Assembly: GCA_021463465.1 (NCBI GenBank)
Contig: JAJTYH010000003.1
Location: forward strand, 351,942 to 415,941
From: a bacterium
GTDB lineage: Bacteria > Patescibacteriota > Dojkabacteria > SC72
Direction of reading: 5' to 3'
DNA: 64,000 nt
The translations under genes and the position numbers were made by a program. Position 1 is the stretch's first letter. The number at the start of each line of letters is the position of its first letter. The notes beneath the pieces are model-generated. The model saw only the letters and a program-made list of their open reading frames with translations, was not told the origin of the DNA and ran no database searches. Of this stretch, positions 44,401-52,782 are shown one piece after another.

Positions 44401-46369
44401 GAAGGTAATCAATAAGCAGATTAAGGGTAAAGTCATTGTGCACAAAGATGTAGTAGATGCTAACTTTGACTCCGAAGCTACTAGCGACGATCTTTTTGAA
44501 GTAGTACTTGGTGGTGAAGGGTTAGAAGGCGCAGTGAAGTTTATTTCTGATGCACAGAGTGAACCAGTGGTTGCCGAATATGAGCTTAATCCCGGTGAAT
44601 ATAGCTTTACTGAGAATAATCTTCCCGGTTATAACTTCTTGGGTTGTTACATTGAAGAAGTTGAAGCAAGACAAGTTGGAATCGAAGAAAATGTCGCGAT
44701 TTATGATACGCAGGTCGAAGTAGAACTTGGTAGCAATCAAACCAAGGAATATACCTGCGTCAACCAGGCAGTGGGGGCACAGTTGCAACTGGAAAAAACT
44801 AACAATGTCCTTGGAGTTGATCAAATTGCAGGTAATGTTGTTCAGTATACTTTGACAGTAACTGCACCAACTGATGACGAAGTTCCAGAGGATGTGGTAT
44901 TAACAGGATTAAGTGATAACCCTTATGTCTTAGAAGATGTGAAGGTGGTAGATTTGACTCCAGAGGGTTTCACCTACGTTAACGGTACCTGGACAGCAAG
45001 TTCCGATATTAGAGGTGATATCAAAGCTTCAAATGTAACTACAGAGCCTACTTACGCTTCACCTGGTACATGGAACTTAGGTGATATGGTGGAAGGTGAG
45101 GTAGTAACACTTACGTACCTTGCTACGATTTCTAACGCTCAAGATGCAGGTTTATACAAAGACTTAGCATGGACTCAAGGAACTAATGTATTGGGAAATA
45201 GCATTTATGGCACTGCAGCCTTCGGCCTCTTTGCTGGTACACAAGTTAATGTGATTGATGATTTGGAAGAGGGTCAAGCTGAGGTGCTTGGTGTGTCATT
45301 GCCAAACACAGGTGCTAATATAATCTGGGCAATATTTGCTTTGGCTTCCTTCTCATTGGGTGTAATCCTAGTTGGATATGGACTTGGTAAGAAGAGTCGC
45401 AAGATTTCCATCTTGGTGGCCGTCTTGATACTGTTGGGATTGGTTGGATTTTCACGACCTGAAGATGTATACGCGGCTTCTAGCCTTGCCGTACGAATCG
45501 AACAGCCAGAAGCTTTGTCAAATGACAATACAATTAAGGTAGGGTTTGTAGCACTTGATTTAGAAGGTAGGGATGTGAGCGTACAATGTCTTAAGAAAGG
45601 ACCTGGAGACGGTAGTTTCGTAGACTTTGGGACAACTATCAACTTAGGAAGTGGTGGAAATAGCGGTGATTGTAACGTAGGCAGCGCTATACTAAATGCA
45701 GATGGTACTTACGAATTCAAAGTTGAGGCCACAGCAGAAGAGGAAGTAATTGAGTCAGAAGCAGCGTCAATGACATTGGACACAGTAGGTCCTGATATGA
45801 TTACTGGGTATGAGAAGAGTAAGAATGCTTGTGAATATACTTTGAACTTAACAACAGCAAGTGACGGACAGACCTCAGCAGTACAGATTTTCAGATCGAC
45901 TGAGCGAACCTTTGTAGCTAACAGTTCAACACTTGTGGTTGAGCTTCCTGCCACACCTGGCCAGGTAATTGAATATGTTGATAATGTATCTAATTGTAAT
46001 CTTGAGTATTTCTATGCCATTAGAGCTTTGGATAATGCTGACAATAGCTCAGACTTTGTAGCTGACTCACTTGTTGAGGTCACTCCAGGAGTTGTCGATG
46101 AAGATAGACAAGAAGGAGAAGATGGAGAAGTTGCTGGTAGTGAGACTGAATCAGACGACGGTGCGGTAAAGGGTGAAGCAGATAACGAAGAGGATGAAAA
46201 TCAAGGAAATACCCCGGGAGAAGAGACCAAAGTGACTTCAACTGGAGGAGACAATAATGTAATGTGGATTGTAGGAATTATTTTAGGCGGAGCAGTTGTA
46301 TGGCTATTGACCCGACTCGGGATTATACAATCAATCTTCCAGTGGATAATGATGAAGCTAAGAAAGTAA
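38435..46369 (+). CDS. giant multi-domain cell-surface protein (signal peptide, EP-rich acidic linker, DUF11 repeats, vWA domain, Cys-rich CGDG repeats, Cna-B/prealbumin-like repeats, internal LPNTG sorting signal, C-terminal TM)
   Basis: 2,644-aa single ORF. Signal peptide MLRKLFKLPKRYFSRFISIYLALYLTVSPALA. vWA block LDIALVLDNSTSIS...IFASDGNPN. DUF11-like blocks LTISKSNDVGGVVNVGGSFNWIITVKNEG and VSITKSDTPDPVLTGGLLTYIVTIENES. Repeats CGDGVVNQQSEQCD and CGDGIKNGPEQCD. The sorting signal LPNTG is at 45299-45313, followed by a TM and KKSRK. A further 351 aa follow, ending in a second TM plus KLRK. Confidence 0.85.
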   Translation: MLRKLFKLPKRYFSRFISIYLALYLTVSPALAFATTEGLLVDEGAQSTPVVAEEETVQTPEPTVEEESSEVTPEPEVEPEVVPEPKVDEPENDEVDVDVVKSADGELEVGVIETTQCLENSLNPCIGTDKEDYAPHEVVTLRGHGYLPESRYLLIITSANQPPVRFEAEIITNSIGGFNYSYQLDGRYRPDYAVEVRSLLGDIIATDTFTDSRTINSATVNGVASITVAQGTTILGGVNVSTNGSGNNDDWASTGWRISTSAPGGVSCDNFEPDITDDVMGATKAFNMTAPNTPGIYNAYFIAYNNDSCSGGASAVYVLENAVTVTGPDLTISKSNDVGGVVNVGGSFNWIITVKNEGTSSAIFNNEDILSDSLPNDGVSFVDTSDLVVTTAGGVTGSIDCDINSSTLVCDDNSGGSTVVIPAGGSFTVTVEVIANEIRTLSNPRKGGKCEVDPNEEVAEQNEHNNKCNDSVKVNPDTGVTNPPLGQFCGLDIALVLDNSTSISSGELTQMKAAMTAFTSAFNGTPTEFSVSRFATTASVVQSFTSNITAVNAAINGIPSGGGYTNWEDGLFKGQSTLTNRPTYPDLMIFASDGNPNRVDNGTDASESQAVSEAKIIANNIKTAGVRILALGIGDELDTPNLQTISGNNVNTGISSDVITSDFATLAADLADYAIQLCGGTINVKKLVDGNPAANWVFTIDGDQHITGADGFIPSVEVDNGTYSVVETPKNGFTFQSAVCTINNQSVGSPITNGVGAISVDSNDIVTCTFNNITNAFCGDGVVNQQSEQCDSGASNGIACTPTYANSCNYCSNTCQTVNIHGPYCGDGIKNGPEQCDGSDGVSGSDFACTQSCELDLVEKKVMICHATSSNTNPYVSNEPAKSADVAGHDGHNGPVWSAGIDGDWGDIIPPFNYVGGSYPGKNWTAEGQAIWNNQCEIEKGTIVVQKTTVPAGNQTNFDVSITGDGYIFENDKGTVSDSQDHSFIVEPGTYSVEEDAVSGWEITGNTCDDVTVANGETKYCQITNTKVTDVSITKSDTPDPVLTGGLLTYIVTIENESDTNAENVVVTDNLPAAFMAIFSVIPSQGSCSDTTLPSPVVCELGTLAADASATIEIKGLAFGIGSIENNASVTTSTYEIDLKDNTTVEDTTIVDQPSACVEGQRWASSVVSASQGLQKDGSTVLLSRSVPASAIGLPDAATNPDTGFYSLGKGGSIVVAFTSPVVNGEGTDISIHEVTNGRENYPEETASVEVSTDNGGSWHNVGSASSLSTNGVTLIDIAPYTGVTHVRVTDTTNFNLNPNSNADGFDLDAVDVDCKASITVIKDVDINGDGQVDKTNSTDWAWDINGSGNYETGSKVDVQPGSYVISESQKPSYHVVSLVCGQTNYGAVESQQISVSEGEELTCTFTNSVDTGSVKVNKRVDLNGDGVWGGGNENSKAYISSLGFSWTLDAVGSINFGDTVTPVITGAHQVNENSLEGYHFVAWYVTGEEGRSCTNPNGTTVPVDINVVKNSTAEITLCNARDMGQITIVKDSVNNDGKDFNFSTSTLGSFILDDDGNNGNQHSNTKVFNVPSGAYWVRENSASGWKLTDLVCIGDDNSVVDIENRRADLDLDLNENITCTFTNTKLAEIKGTKFNDRNGDNHQSLLSGETWMNGWKIFIDENHNSSYDTGELTDTTSGWFFMDLGKYDFEGLLPGTYTVCEQMQEGWYASGPVCREILLEPGDRKEVNFGNHQSLRIIASKIVCNSEDDLPNWGSGAGNINSNTATNFVANNPDCQLVSDWQFQWGYDGEVDKYGNGDQLGLAPEPWQILGSTDASGVADIEIMTTPEGKGLSNLWVRESLMPGYVAFSYPPAQPEENPYSAEMYCHKDVLYYDNFDRIEEVKFGETYYCVAFNALKTGDITVTKEVVDPDGNPVEDTSTLFTVNLNESNPQQLTDGQSVVYGDLPIGTYTVTEDPSGNYTFDSFEGDENSEIEGAQVTVTEEGNTNVKVINKQIKGKVIVHKDVVDANFDSEATSDDLFEVVLGGEGLEGAVKFISDAQSEPVVAEYELNPGEYSFTENNLPGYNFLGCYIEEVEARQVGIEENVAIYDTQVEVELGSNQTKEYTCVNQAVGAQLQLEKTNNVLGVDQIAGNVVQYTLTVTAPTDDEVPEDVVLTGLSDNPYVLEDVKVVDLTPEGFTYVNGTWTASSDIRGDIKASNVTTEPTYASPGTWNLGDMVEGEVVTLTYLATISNAQDAGLYKDLAWTQGTNVLGNSIYGTAAFGLFAGTQVNVIDDLEEGQAEVLGVSLPNTGANIIWAIFALASFSLGVILVGYGLGKKSRKISILVAVLILLGLVGFSRPEDVYAASSLAVRIEQPEALSNDNTIKVGFVALDLEGRDVSVQCLKKGPGDGSFVDFGTTINLGSGGNSGDCNVGSAILNADGTYEFKVEATAEEEVIESEAASMTLDTVGPDMITGYEKSKNACEYTLNLTTASDGQTSAVQIFRSTERTFVANSSTLVVELPATPGQVIEYVDNVSNCNLEYFYAIRALDNADNSSDFVADSLVEVTPGVVDEDRQEGEDGEVAGSETESDDGAVKGEADNEEDENQGNTPGEETKVTSTGGDNNVMWIVGIILGGAVVWLLTRLGIIQSIFQWIMMKLRK

Positions 46370-46989
46370 TGCCTTGGTCTTTGAAAGCAGGGATTGCTCT
46401 GATAGTTATTGGAGCAGTCCTAGCCTTTCTGAACTTTCACACGATTCTATTTAATGAAGTTAATTATCTGGTGAATCAGCCTCAACCTGATTATGCTGAT
46501 GTCGAAATTAGTGAAAGTGACAATACAGAGGTTAAAGACAATATCGCATTCTTAAGTCCAAACTTTGGAATTGCAATCCCTAAGATTGGAGCTAATGCTA
46601 ATGTAATTTTAGACGTTGACCCTTTTAGTTATAATCAGTACACAGAGGCATTAAAAGGAGGCGTAGCACATGCTAAAGGTACCCCCGTGCCAGGTCAGAG
46701 TGGAAATATTTTTATGTTTGCCCATTCTGCAGTAAATTTTTACGAATCGGGGAAGTATAATGTTAATTTCTATCTGCTACCTAAGCTGATAGAGGGTGAT
46801 AAGATTTATGTCTCTTATCGAAAAAAGATTTATACATACGAGGTTGAAAAGGTAAAGATTGTTAGTCGGACAGATGTACACTATTTATCTAAACTTGAAG
46901 AGTACAACACCTTAACACTTATGACATGCTGGCCAGCTGGTTTGAATATAAACAGGGTTATAGTTATTGCAAAACAACTCAACCTTTAG
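46369..46989 (+). CDS. sortase (transpeptidase)
   Basis: Catalytic TLxTC motif TLMTCWPAG, His in NIFMFAHSAV, and N-terminal TM anchor. The ATG overlaps the stop of the giant gene (TAATG). The track ORF 46264 start lies inside the upstream gene. Confidence 0.8.
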   Translation: MPWSLKAGIALIVIGAVLAFLNFHTILFNEVNYLVNQPQPDYADVEISESDNTEVKDNIAFLSPNFGIAIPKIGANANVILDVDPFSYNQYTEALKGGVAHAKGTPVPGQSGNIFMFAHSAVNFYESGKYNVNFYLLPKLIEGDKIYVSYRKKIYTYEVEKVKIVSRTDVHYLSKLEEYNTLTLMTCWPAGLNINRVIVIAKQLNL

Positions 46990-48367
46990 TTATACGTTGA
47001 AATGCTTTGGTTTTTTCCACTACAGCTTTTACCTTGTTGATTTCTAAATTAGTATCTATCCAAAGCATATAAGAGTCTTTGAAAGTATTTGCGGCCAAAG
47101 CTTTTCGCAATGTGTCGATTGTTAAGTCTTTTACAAAAGTTCTAGCTTTTTCAAAGTGGTAAAGTTCAAAACCTCTGAGAATCGCTGTAGCTTTTGAGTC
47201 GGTATAGTCAGGGTCAAAAGCAGCGGTGTGAGGAAAGAGATAGTTGCTAATTTCATTTTCTAGCCAGCGGTGACCATCTTTACTCTCTAGGAACTCTTCG
47301 ACTTTAAAGTTAATTGAATCATCAATGCTATTAATAACTTTGCGTAAGTTTTTAAAGTCCGAGGTTACTTTAAACGCCTTCTCATCGTAAAACCACGTAG
47401 CGTTTGAATTAACATAGCTCACGCTTCCATAAATCAAACCTTTATTTTGTCTTAACTCCCGATTTACATAAAAGTTTATAATCCATCTTATGAAGTTGTT
47501 AACGATCTCATACGAGTAGTCATATTCAGGTCCTCTGATTTTCTCAAATCTTAATAAGTGAGTTGTGATCGCCTGGCTTTCGGTATTATGGAAGTAACCT
47601 GCTTGAACTTTCGTATTAATACTTTCGTCAAAAAGATGAGCTTTTTGATTATTATTTTTACTAAGAGATGAATCGATTGTTTTGATATATTTAATGGTTC
47701 TTGGACTGAGTTCGTTAGGAGATTGGATTGCAATAATAGTATTTTTAGGTGTGTAGGTGTTTGTGTAAAAGTCAATTAAGTTTTCTGTTGTAATTGCCTT
47801 TATGTTTGATTCTTTCTCACCCAAAATAGAAAAATTGGTGTTATATACTTCTCCATTACCAAGTGCGAAGCGTCGGAAAAGCAGATTTTGATTTTTTTCA
47901 GGCTTGAGATCTGTACCAAGTTCAGCTAATATTACTTTCCGTTGTTTTTCAACATTTGCTTCGAATTGATCCAATGGTTTGAATGATGTCTGGGAGAGAA
48001 CTTTTATTAAGTCTTCTTCTCTGTTTGCATGACAGTATCCCCAATATGAACAATACTTGAATGATGTTGATGCATTCATAACAAGTTCGGGGGTGTTTCT
48101 ACCTCCAAAAGAGTATCGTGTAAAGGCCTTTTCAGTCTTGAATAGCTTATTAGGGGGCGTAGAAATAGTATGTTCTAAAAAATGAGCAGTGCCATTCGGA
48201 ACATTAAATGCCTTTTCGAAGTATGTTCCCGCCATTAAAATTATTGATGCGTAAGAGTCCAATGATTGCTTGTTAAGGGTATGAAGAATTTGTAAGCCTG
48301 AATCCAATATGTAGTGTCGATTTCTAACGTTGTATCTGGTATCAAACCATTCATTTAGAAGTTTCAT
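46979..48367 (-). CDS. M16 (pitrilysin/insulinase)-family zinc peptidase-like protein
   Basis: Inverted zinc motif HxxEH in NGTAHFLEHTIS. 462 aa. Confidence 0.5.
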   Translation of the reverse strand: MKLLNEWFDTRYNVRNRHYILDSGLQILHTLNKQSLDSYASIILMAGTYFEKAFNVPNGTAHFLEHTISTPPNKLFKTEKAFTRYSFGGRNTPELVMNASTSFKYCSYWGYCHANREEDLIKVLSQTSFKPLDQFEANVEKQRKVILAELGTDLKPEKNQNLLFRRFALGNGEVYNTNFSILGEKESNIKAITTENLIDFYTNTYTPKNTIIAIQSPNELSPRTIKYIKTIDSSLSKNNNQKAHLFDESINTKVQAGYFHNTESQAITTHLLRFEKIRGPEYDYSYEIVNNFIRWIINFYVNRELRQNKGLIYGSVSYVNSNATWFYDEKAFKVTSDFKNLRKVINSIDDSINFKVEEFLESKDGHRWLENEISNYLFPHTAAFDPDYTDSKATAILRGFELYHFEKARTFVKDLTIDTLRKALAANTFKDSYMLWIDTNLEINKVKAVVEKTKAFQRITKG

Positions 48368-48608
48368 CGGCCTATTTTATTAGATTTCTTGAAATAAAGC
48401 TATTTAAAGGTCTTTAATAGAGCTTTTAGTTGATTAGAAGGAAATCAATGTCATTAACAATAAATAAATTTATGATAGTGAAAGTTGCTATCTCAATGCC
48501 AATAAACCTCTTTAAGAAAGTTTTCATTACTCTGTAACTGCAACGCCAATCTCTTCTTCTTCAAGAATTGTGTTTGAAGAGTGATTGTAATGTACAACTA
48601 TCTTTGGG

Positions 48609-48923
48609 TTAAAAAATGCTCCACAAAGAAACTTCAAGATCAACTCTGTTTGGGGTCTTAAATTTTATCCCTTCTTGTTTTAATTTTTCTATCTTGGTTT
48701 TAATGCCTTCGCCTGCTGAGTAACCGTGCATACTTCCATCGCTTCCTACTACTCTGTGACAGGGTATAGATGTTATGTCTGGGTTTTGAGCCATAGCACT
48801 TCCAACTGCTCTGTACGCACCAGGACTGCCTGCCAATTTAGCAAGTAATTTATATGTTATTACTTTACCTTTCGGTATGTCTTTAGCAACAGCGTAAACC
48901 TTTTGAAAAAAATAGTTTTTCAT
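48609..48923 (-). CDS. methylated-DNA--protein-cysteine methyltransferase (MGMT/Ogt C-terminal domain only)
   Basis: Active-site PCHRVV and HTH-like region in a 104-aa protein. No N-terminal domain. Confidence 0.8.
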   Translation of the reverse strand: MKNYFFQKVYAVAKDIPKGKVITYKLLAKLAGSPGAYRAVGSAMAQNPDITSIPCHRVVGSDGSMHGYSAGEGIKTKIEKLKQEGIKFKTPNRVDLEVSLWSIF

Positions 48924-49477
48924 TTCTCAAGTCCCAAAAGCTTATTTAAGAGAAGATATCGGAGCTTTTCGCCCCAACTGTAACTTACAGTATAGCTCTT
49001 GAAGTGAATCCAGTACTCTTGGCAGAACTTTCCAATCACTAAAGGTACTAATATATACATTGAGTACACGTCAATTTTGAGACTGAACTTTTCAATTGTA
49101 AAATATATTAATGCTACATACTCTCCAAAATTTGGGAAAAAGAGATATGTTTTAGTTGTACGAAGTTTCAATGAAAGAAGATACCCTATTGTTCGCCATC
49201 CAAGTAGGAGTAGGTATACCTTGAAAATAGGGGTGTGGAAAAGTATTGGTATAAGAAAGACGTATTGAAGGTAATCAAGAGGTTTATCTATTTCGTGATA
49301 CTTTTTAAGTGGTAATTTACCAAAACTTAGTATAAACCAGTCAAGAATGTCAAAAAGTATGGAAATCAGCATCCCCTCGAAAGGACGGTACAGCATGTAT
49401 ATGTATCCAGACACACGTAGGATTACTACAACAACAACATATTTATTTGTCCAAAGTTTTCTGTTAATGCTCCTCAT
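48920..49477 (-). CDS. hypothetical polytopic membrane protein
   Basis: 185 aa with about 5 hydrophobic helices. It overlaps the MGMT start (operon). Confidence 0.5.
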   Translation of the reverse strand: MRSINRKLWTNKYVVVVVILRVSGYIYMLYRPFEGMLISILFDILDWFILSFGKLPLKKYHEIDKPLDYLQYVFLIPILFHTPIFKVYLLLLGWRTIGYLLSLKLRTTKTYLFFPNFGEYVALIYFTIEKFSLKIDVYSMYILVPLVIGKFCQEYWIHFKSYTVSYSWGEKLRYLLLNKLLGLEK

Positions 49478-49517
49478 CGAACTAATTTTTCATCTATAAG
49501 AGACTGTTTACACAAGA

Positions 49518-50324
49518 TCAAATGTCTTTGCAAAGGTTTTGAATAAAGGTTTTTGAAATATGTTCCGATTTAAACAATGATTTCAAATTATTTTGCATGT
49601 TGACATCAAAGTATTGGAAAGGACATACCGCGAACTGATATTTGTCTGAAGTTTTTACAATAGGGTCATTTTTGTACTTGGGGTGAGTAACCAAATCGGT
49701 TTTTGGGGCTGTTGTGTTAATTACGCCCATGTCAAAACGCCCCCTTCCTGCTCGGTTGGTGTATCCAACCAGTTCACCTGCCTTCACACTTATTCGATCG
49801 ACTTTAATGCTCTTAGTATCATTTTGAGCCTTCGGGGGAAATGCGTTCATAATTTTATCAGGCACATTAATTATGTGATCTAACCAGTATCCAACTTCGC
49901 AACTTGCTTCAAAATGAAGAATGTATTGAACTTCTTCAACTGGATCCTCTCCCATGCGTTCTATGTAGTTCGCTCCGCTTACTAATGTAGAATCAACAGG
50001 TGCATACACTGGAGAACTTTTTTCTACCTCAATAAAAGCATGAGTTTTAATATCCTGGCCGCTCAGTATTCTAATCGGATTTTCAATGACAGTAATACTA
50101 CTGATATCAGTGGGATAGTGTGTAAATACTGGTGCTGGATTTGAAACGCATAAGGAATTAGGATTGTTTTGATTTGAAGGTGGTTGAAAGTTTGTTTCAA
50201 TGTCTTGAGATTGATTTGAAGTAATGATTACGCTATTTTTACCGTTATTTCTAAGGATTGTCGCAAAGGCTACAAAAACAATTAAAAGTAGGGCAACAAT
50301 AACAGCGGATTTAAACTTTCCCAT
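49518..50324 (-). CDS. exported hypothetical protein
   Basis: Start chosen at MGKFKSAVIVALLLIVFVAFA (signal/anchor). The track ORF begins 14 codons earlier. Confidence 0.5.
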   Translation of the reverse strand: MGKFKSAVIVALLLIVFVAFATILRNNGKNSVIITSNQSQDIETNFQPPSNQNNPNSLCVSNPAPVFTHYPTDISSITVIENPIRILSGQDIKTHAFIEVEKSSPVYAPVDSTLVSGANYIERMGEDPVEEVQYILHFEASCEVGYWLDHIINVPDKIMNAFPPKAQNDTKSIKVDRISVKAGELVGYTNRAGRGRFDMGVINTTAPKTDLVTHPKYKNDPIVKTSDKYQFAVCPFQYFDVNMQNNLKSLFKSEHISKTFIQNLCKDI

Positions 50325-50375
50325 GTTGAATAATTTACATGTAATGGGACAAGAGTTCAATGACAAAAAATGGAG

Positions 50376-50500
50376 CCATTTAGCTTCTTAGGAATGGACG
50401 GGAGAGAGGGTTACCCCAAACTCCAGTACTCGCAGAACGCATCCTATGTTAACCTGCGAGGTTGCCCGCTAACTGACTCCATTTATGATGATACTCTCCA
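50376..50500 (-). promoter_or_regulatory. candidate cis-regulatory structured RNA / attenuator in 5' leader of the exported-protein gene
   Basis: A GC-rich (about 50%) 120-nt segment in a 37% GC genome. The outer helix AAATGGAG (50376-83)/CTCCATTT (50487-94) encloses nested hairpins. On the minus strand the structure ends in a T-run (AAAAAA at 50368-50373 on plus) about 40 nt before the ATG. Confidence 0.3.
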
Positions 50501-50611
50501 TATAGGGTAATGTCAACACTTTTACAAAGAATTATTTAACAGGGTATTATCTTGCCGTGATAAGGTTTGTGATATATTTATTTACTGCAGATAAAATAAA
50601 TACACAATATT

Positions 50612-51028
50612 TTGGGAGTGGAAATAAGTAAGATAGTTGAAAGAGATATTGAATCTACTGCTAAAGTAATGGTAGAAGCTTTTAATTTTGTTAATCAGGG
50701 ATGGACTGAAGAGGACGGTTTGAAAAATATTGAGATGATCTTGAATTATGATTATTCCATTAAAGCAACTGTTGAGGGAAAGATTGTTGGTTTTCTGGCT
50801 TCATATATTAAAGATGACCACTTGTACATTGATGAGATTGCAGTTTTACCTAAACATATGGGTAAAGGTATAGGTAAAGAACTGTGGAAAAACGCATTGG
50901 AATTTGCTAGAGAAATGAAATTGGATTACGTTAAGTTGATAGCAGATCCTAAATCAGATGCTTATAAATGGTATTCACAAATAGGTTTTAAGGAAACAGG
51001 ATGGGTTGAGATGAGTTTGGAAGCCTAA
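50612..51028 (+). CDS. GNAT-family N-acetyltransferase
   Basis: 138 aa. GNAT motif A-like IDEIAVLPKHMGKGIGKELW. TTG start in the track. Confidence 0.6.
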   Translation: MGVEISKIVERDIESTAKVMVEAFNFVNQGWTEEDGLKNIEMILNYDYSIKATVEGKIVGFLASYIKDDHLYIDEIAVLPKHMGKGIGKELWKNALEFAREMKLDYVKLIADPKSDAYKWYSQIGFKETGWVEMSLEA

Positions 51029-51972
51029 TGTATGTTTCCTAGGATTTCAACTGCCAAAAATGTCAGATAGAGTAAGAGAAGTATGAAACCTTCTAATCTT
51101 GATATCGTGTTTTTTGTCCTTGCAAAATAGTAGAAAAGCAGGAGCCCAACAGTTAGAAACAGTAAACTAATGGAATAGTTATTGCTTAAAAGTATTGGTT
51201 TACCATAGTAGAAAGTTAAGGCTCCAAGCAAAAAAGTATTGAAGGCTGCTGAACCGACATAATCTCCGAAAGCAATTTGATGATTTCGCATAAATGCTGA
51301 TCTCACAACAAGCGAAAGCTCAGGTACATTAGTTCCTACGCTAATTAAGAGTAAGCTAATTAGAAATGGTGATATTTGTAAGAGATTTGAGAAGTAAAGA
51401 GTCTCTTCTACAACAAAGTGGCTCGCTGTAAATATAACGGCTATTCCAAATAGAATTTTCAAAAGTTCCTTTCCAGTTTTAATTCTATTCCTCTGTATAT
51501 TTTGAAATTTTTCAATCAAACCTTTTTTAGATTGGATGCATATTACAAGAAATCCAAAGAGAGCTAGAGAAATGAGGCTATCTTGGGCTGTAACAATCCC
51601 ATCCATGACCAGAATTACTGGTGAGGCAATAACTACAAGTGAAGCGGGTAAATTGAAACCTTGAAATTCGGGAGTTATTCGAATTGAGTTACCCACGAGT
51701 GCTAGCAAAGGAACTATTAGCATACAAAGGACAATAGATGCTCCTATAACGTTACCAACAAAAATTTCTGGATCGTTCTCTATAATAGAATTATATCCTA
51801 CTGAAAGTTCTGTGATAGAAGTAAAAAAACCCAAGACTAAAAAAGAAATGAGGAAAGAGGACACTTTGAGTGATTTAGCAATGTTTTCAACTGATTTAAC
51901 GGCAAGTCCCGATCCAATCCAAATTCCTACAAACGAAAATAGAAATATTGAGAGATGTATAATTAAGGGCAT
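51025..51972 (-). CDS. Ca2+:cation antiporter (CaCA family), second copy
   Basis: Alpha-repeats FTSITELSVG and GTNVPELSLVV. 315-aa polytopic protein. Confidence 0.7.
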   Translation of the reverse strand: MPLIIHLSIFLFSFVGIWIGSGLAVKSVENIAKSLKVSSFLISFLVLGFFTSITELSVGYNSIIENDPEIFVGNVIGASIVLCMLIVPLLALVGNSIRITPEFQGFNLPASLVVIASPVILVMDGIVTAQDSLISLALFGFLVICIQSKKGLIEKFQNIQRNRIKTGKELLKILFGIAVIFTASHFVVEETLYFSNLLQISPFLISLLLISVGTNVPELSLVVRSAFMRNHQIAFGDYVGSAAFNTFLLGALTFYYGKPILLSNNYSISLLFLTVGLLLFYYFARTKNTISRLEGFILLLLYLTFLAVEILGNIH

Positions 51973-52061
51973 TTAACTCAAAAGTGTAATTTTAAAGTAA
52001 ACAATTCATTTAAGATACCTTTTTTGAGTAGAAATAATCAAGGCAATACAGGTTCAACCCG

Positions 52062-52391
52062 TCATCGGATAACCCTCGAAAGGTAGAGAACAATAATGGT
52101 TAAGGGGAAAATTGCAAAGATAAGGATTGTGGTCACAAAAAGAGTAAGTGCTTCTTCCTTTTTTCCGTCCAAATACAGTCTTAATGGTTGAAGACAAAAT
52201 ATGTATCCCATTACAGCCGCTGAAAGCGTGAAGAGGGATAGAAATAAGATTGGCATTAATAGGGAGGTCTCCAAAATTTCAATATTTGATATCGAATGAA
52301 TCACAATAACAATGATGATAATGTAACTTAGTGCTGCCAGCGCATTGTAGAAAGGATTTTTACTCACACCTAACTTTACTTTTGGTTTCAA
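52062..52391 (-). CDS. small hypothetical membrane protein (109 aa)
   Basis: Three hydrophobic helices and nothing else. Confidence 0.4.
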   Translation of the reverse strand: MKPKVKLGVSKNPFYNALAALSYIIIIVIVIHSISNIEILETSLLMPILFLSLFTLSAAVMGYIFCLQPLRLYLDGKKEEALTLFVTTILIFAIFPLTIIVLYLSRVIR

Positions 52392-52782
52392 AGTAAGTCA
52401 AGGTAAGATTCTAATCAGACTTTGAACTACTTTTAGAATGAATTCGTCTGCTCTAGTTACAAATGAGTGGCTAAGAAAATTCAAAGAATAATTTGGCAAC
52501 TTAGTAAAAGAGATGAACTACCGGTCTTACACTAGATGAGTAAAAGTTAGACTATAACTTGATAAAGCCATTTAACATAATACTTAAATCAGAGGATAAT
52601 CATAACTTGCTCCGCAGAGGTAATTTTGCTCTAACTTGTTAAAGATATAAATGATAGCGATAGTTGATAAGCTTAGATGTATATTCAGATATTAAAATAC
52701 ATAAGTTTGTTACACGCTAAATAGTGAGTTTAATAACAGTCGAGGTACTTAGAATACAGCTCTGTATAGGATTGGGACTTAG

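Noticed and set aside
38569-45954. Multiple 60-180-aa minus-strand ORFs inside the giant surface-protein gene (e.g. 39382..39912, 45274..45642)
   Set aside because: They are antisense shadows of a long repetitive, S/T/G-rich coding region, with serine/threonine-rich junk translations.
50360-50500. Fluoride (crcB) riboswitch
   Set aside because: Only a partial resemblance (GCUAACUGACUCC) to the 3' consensus was seen. The 5' GGnGAUGG element is absent. The element is kept as an unclassified structured leader instead.
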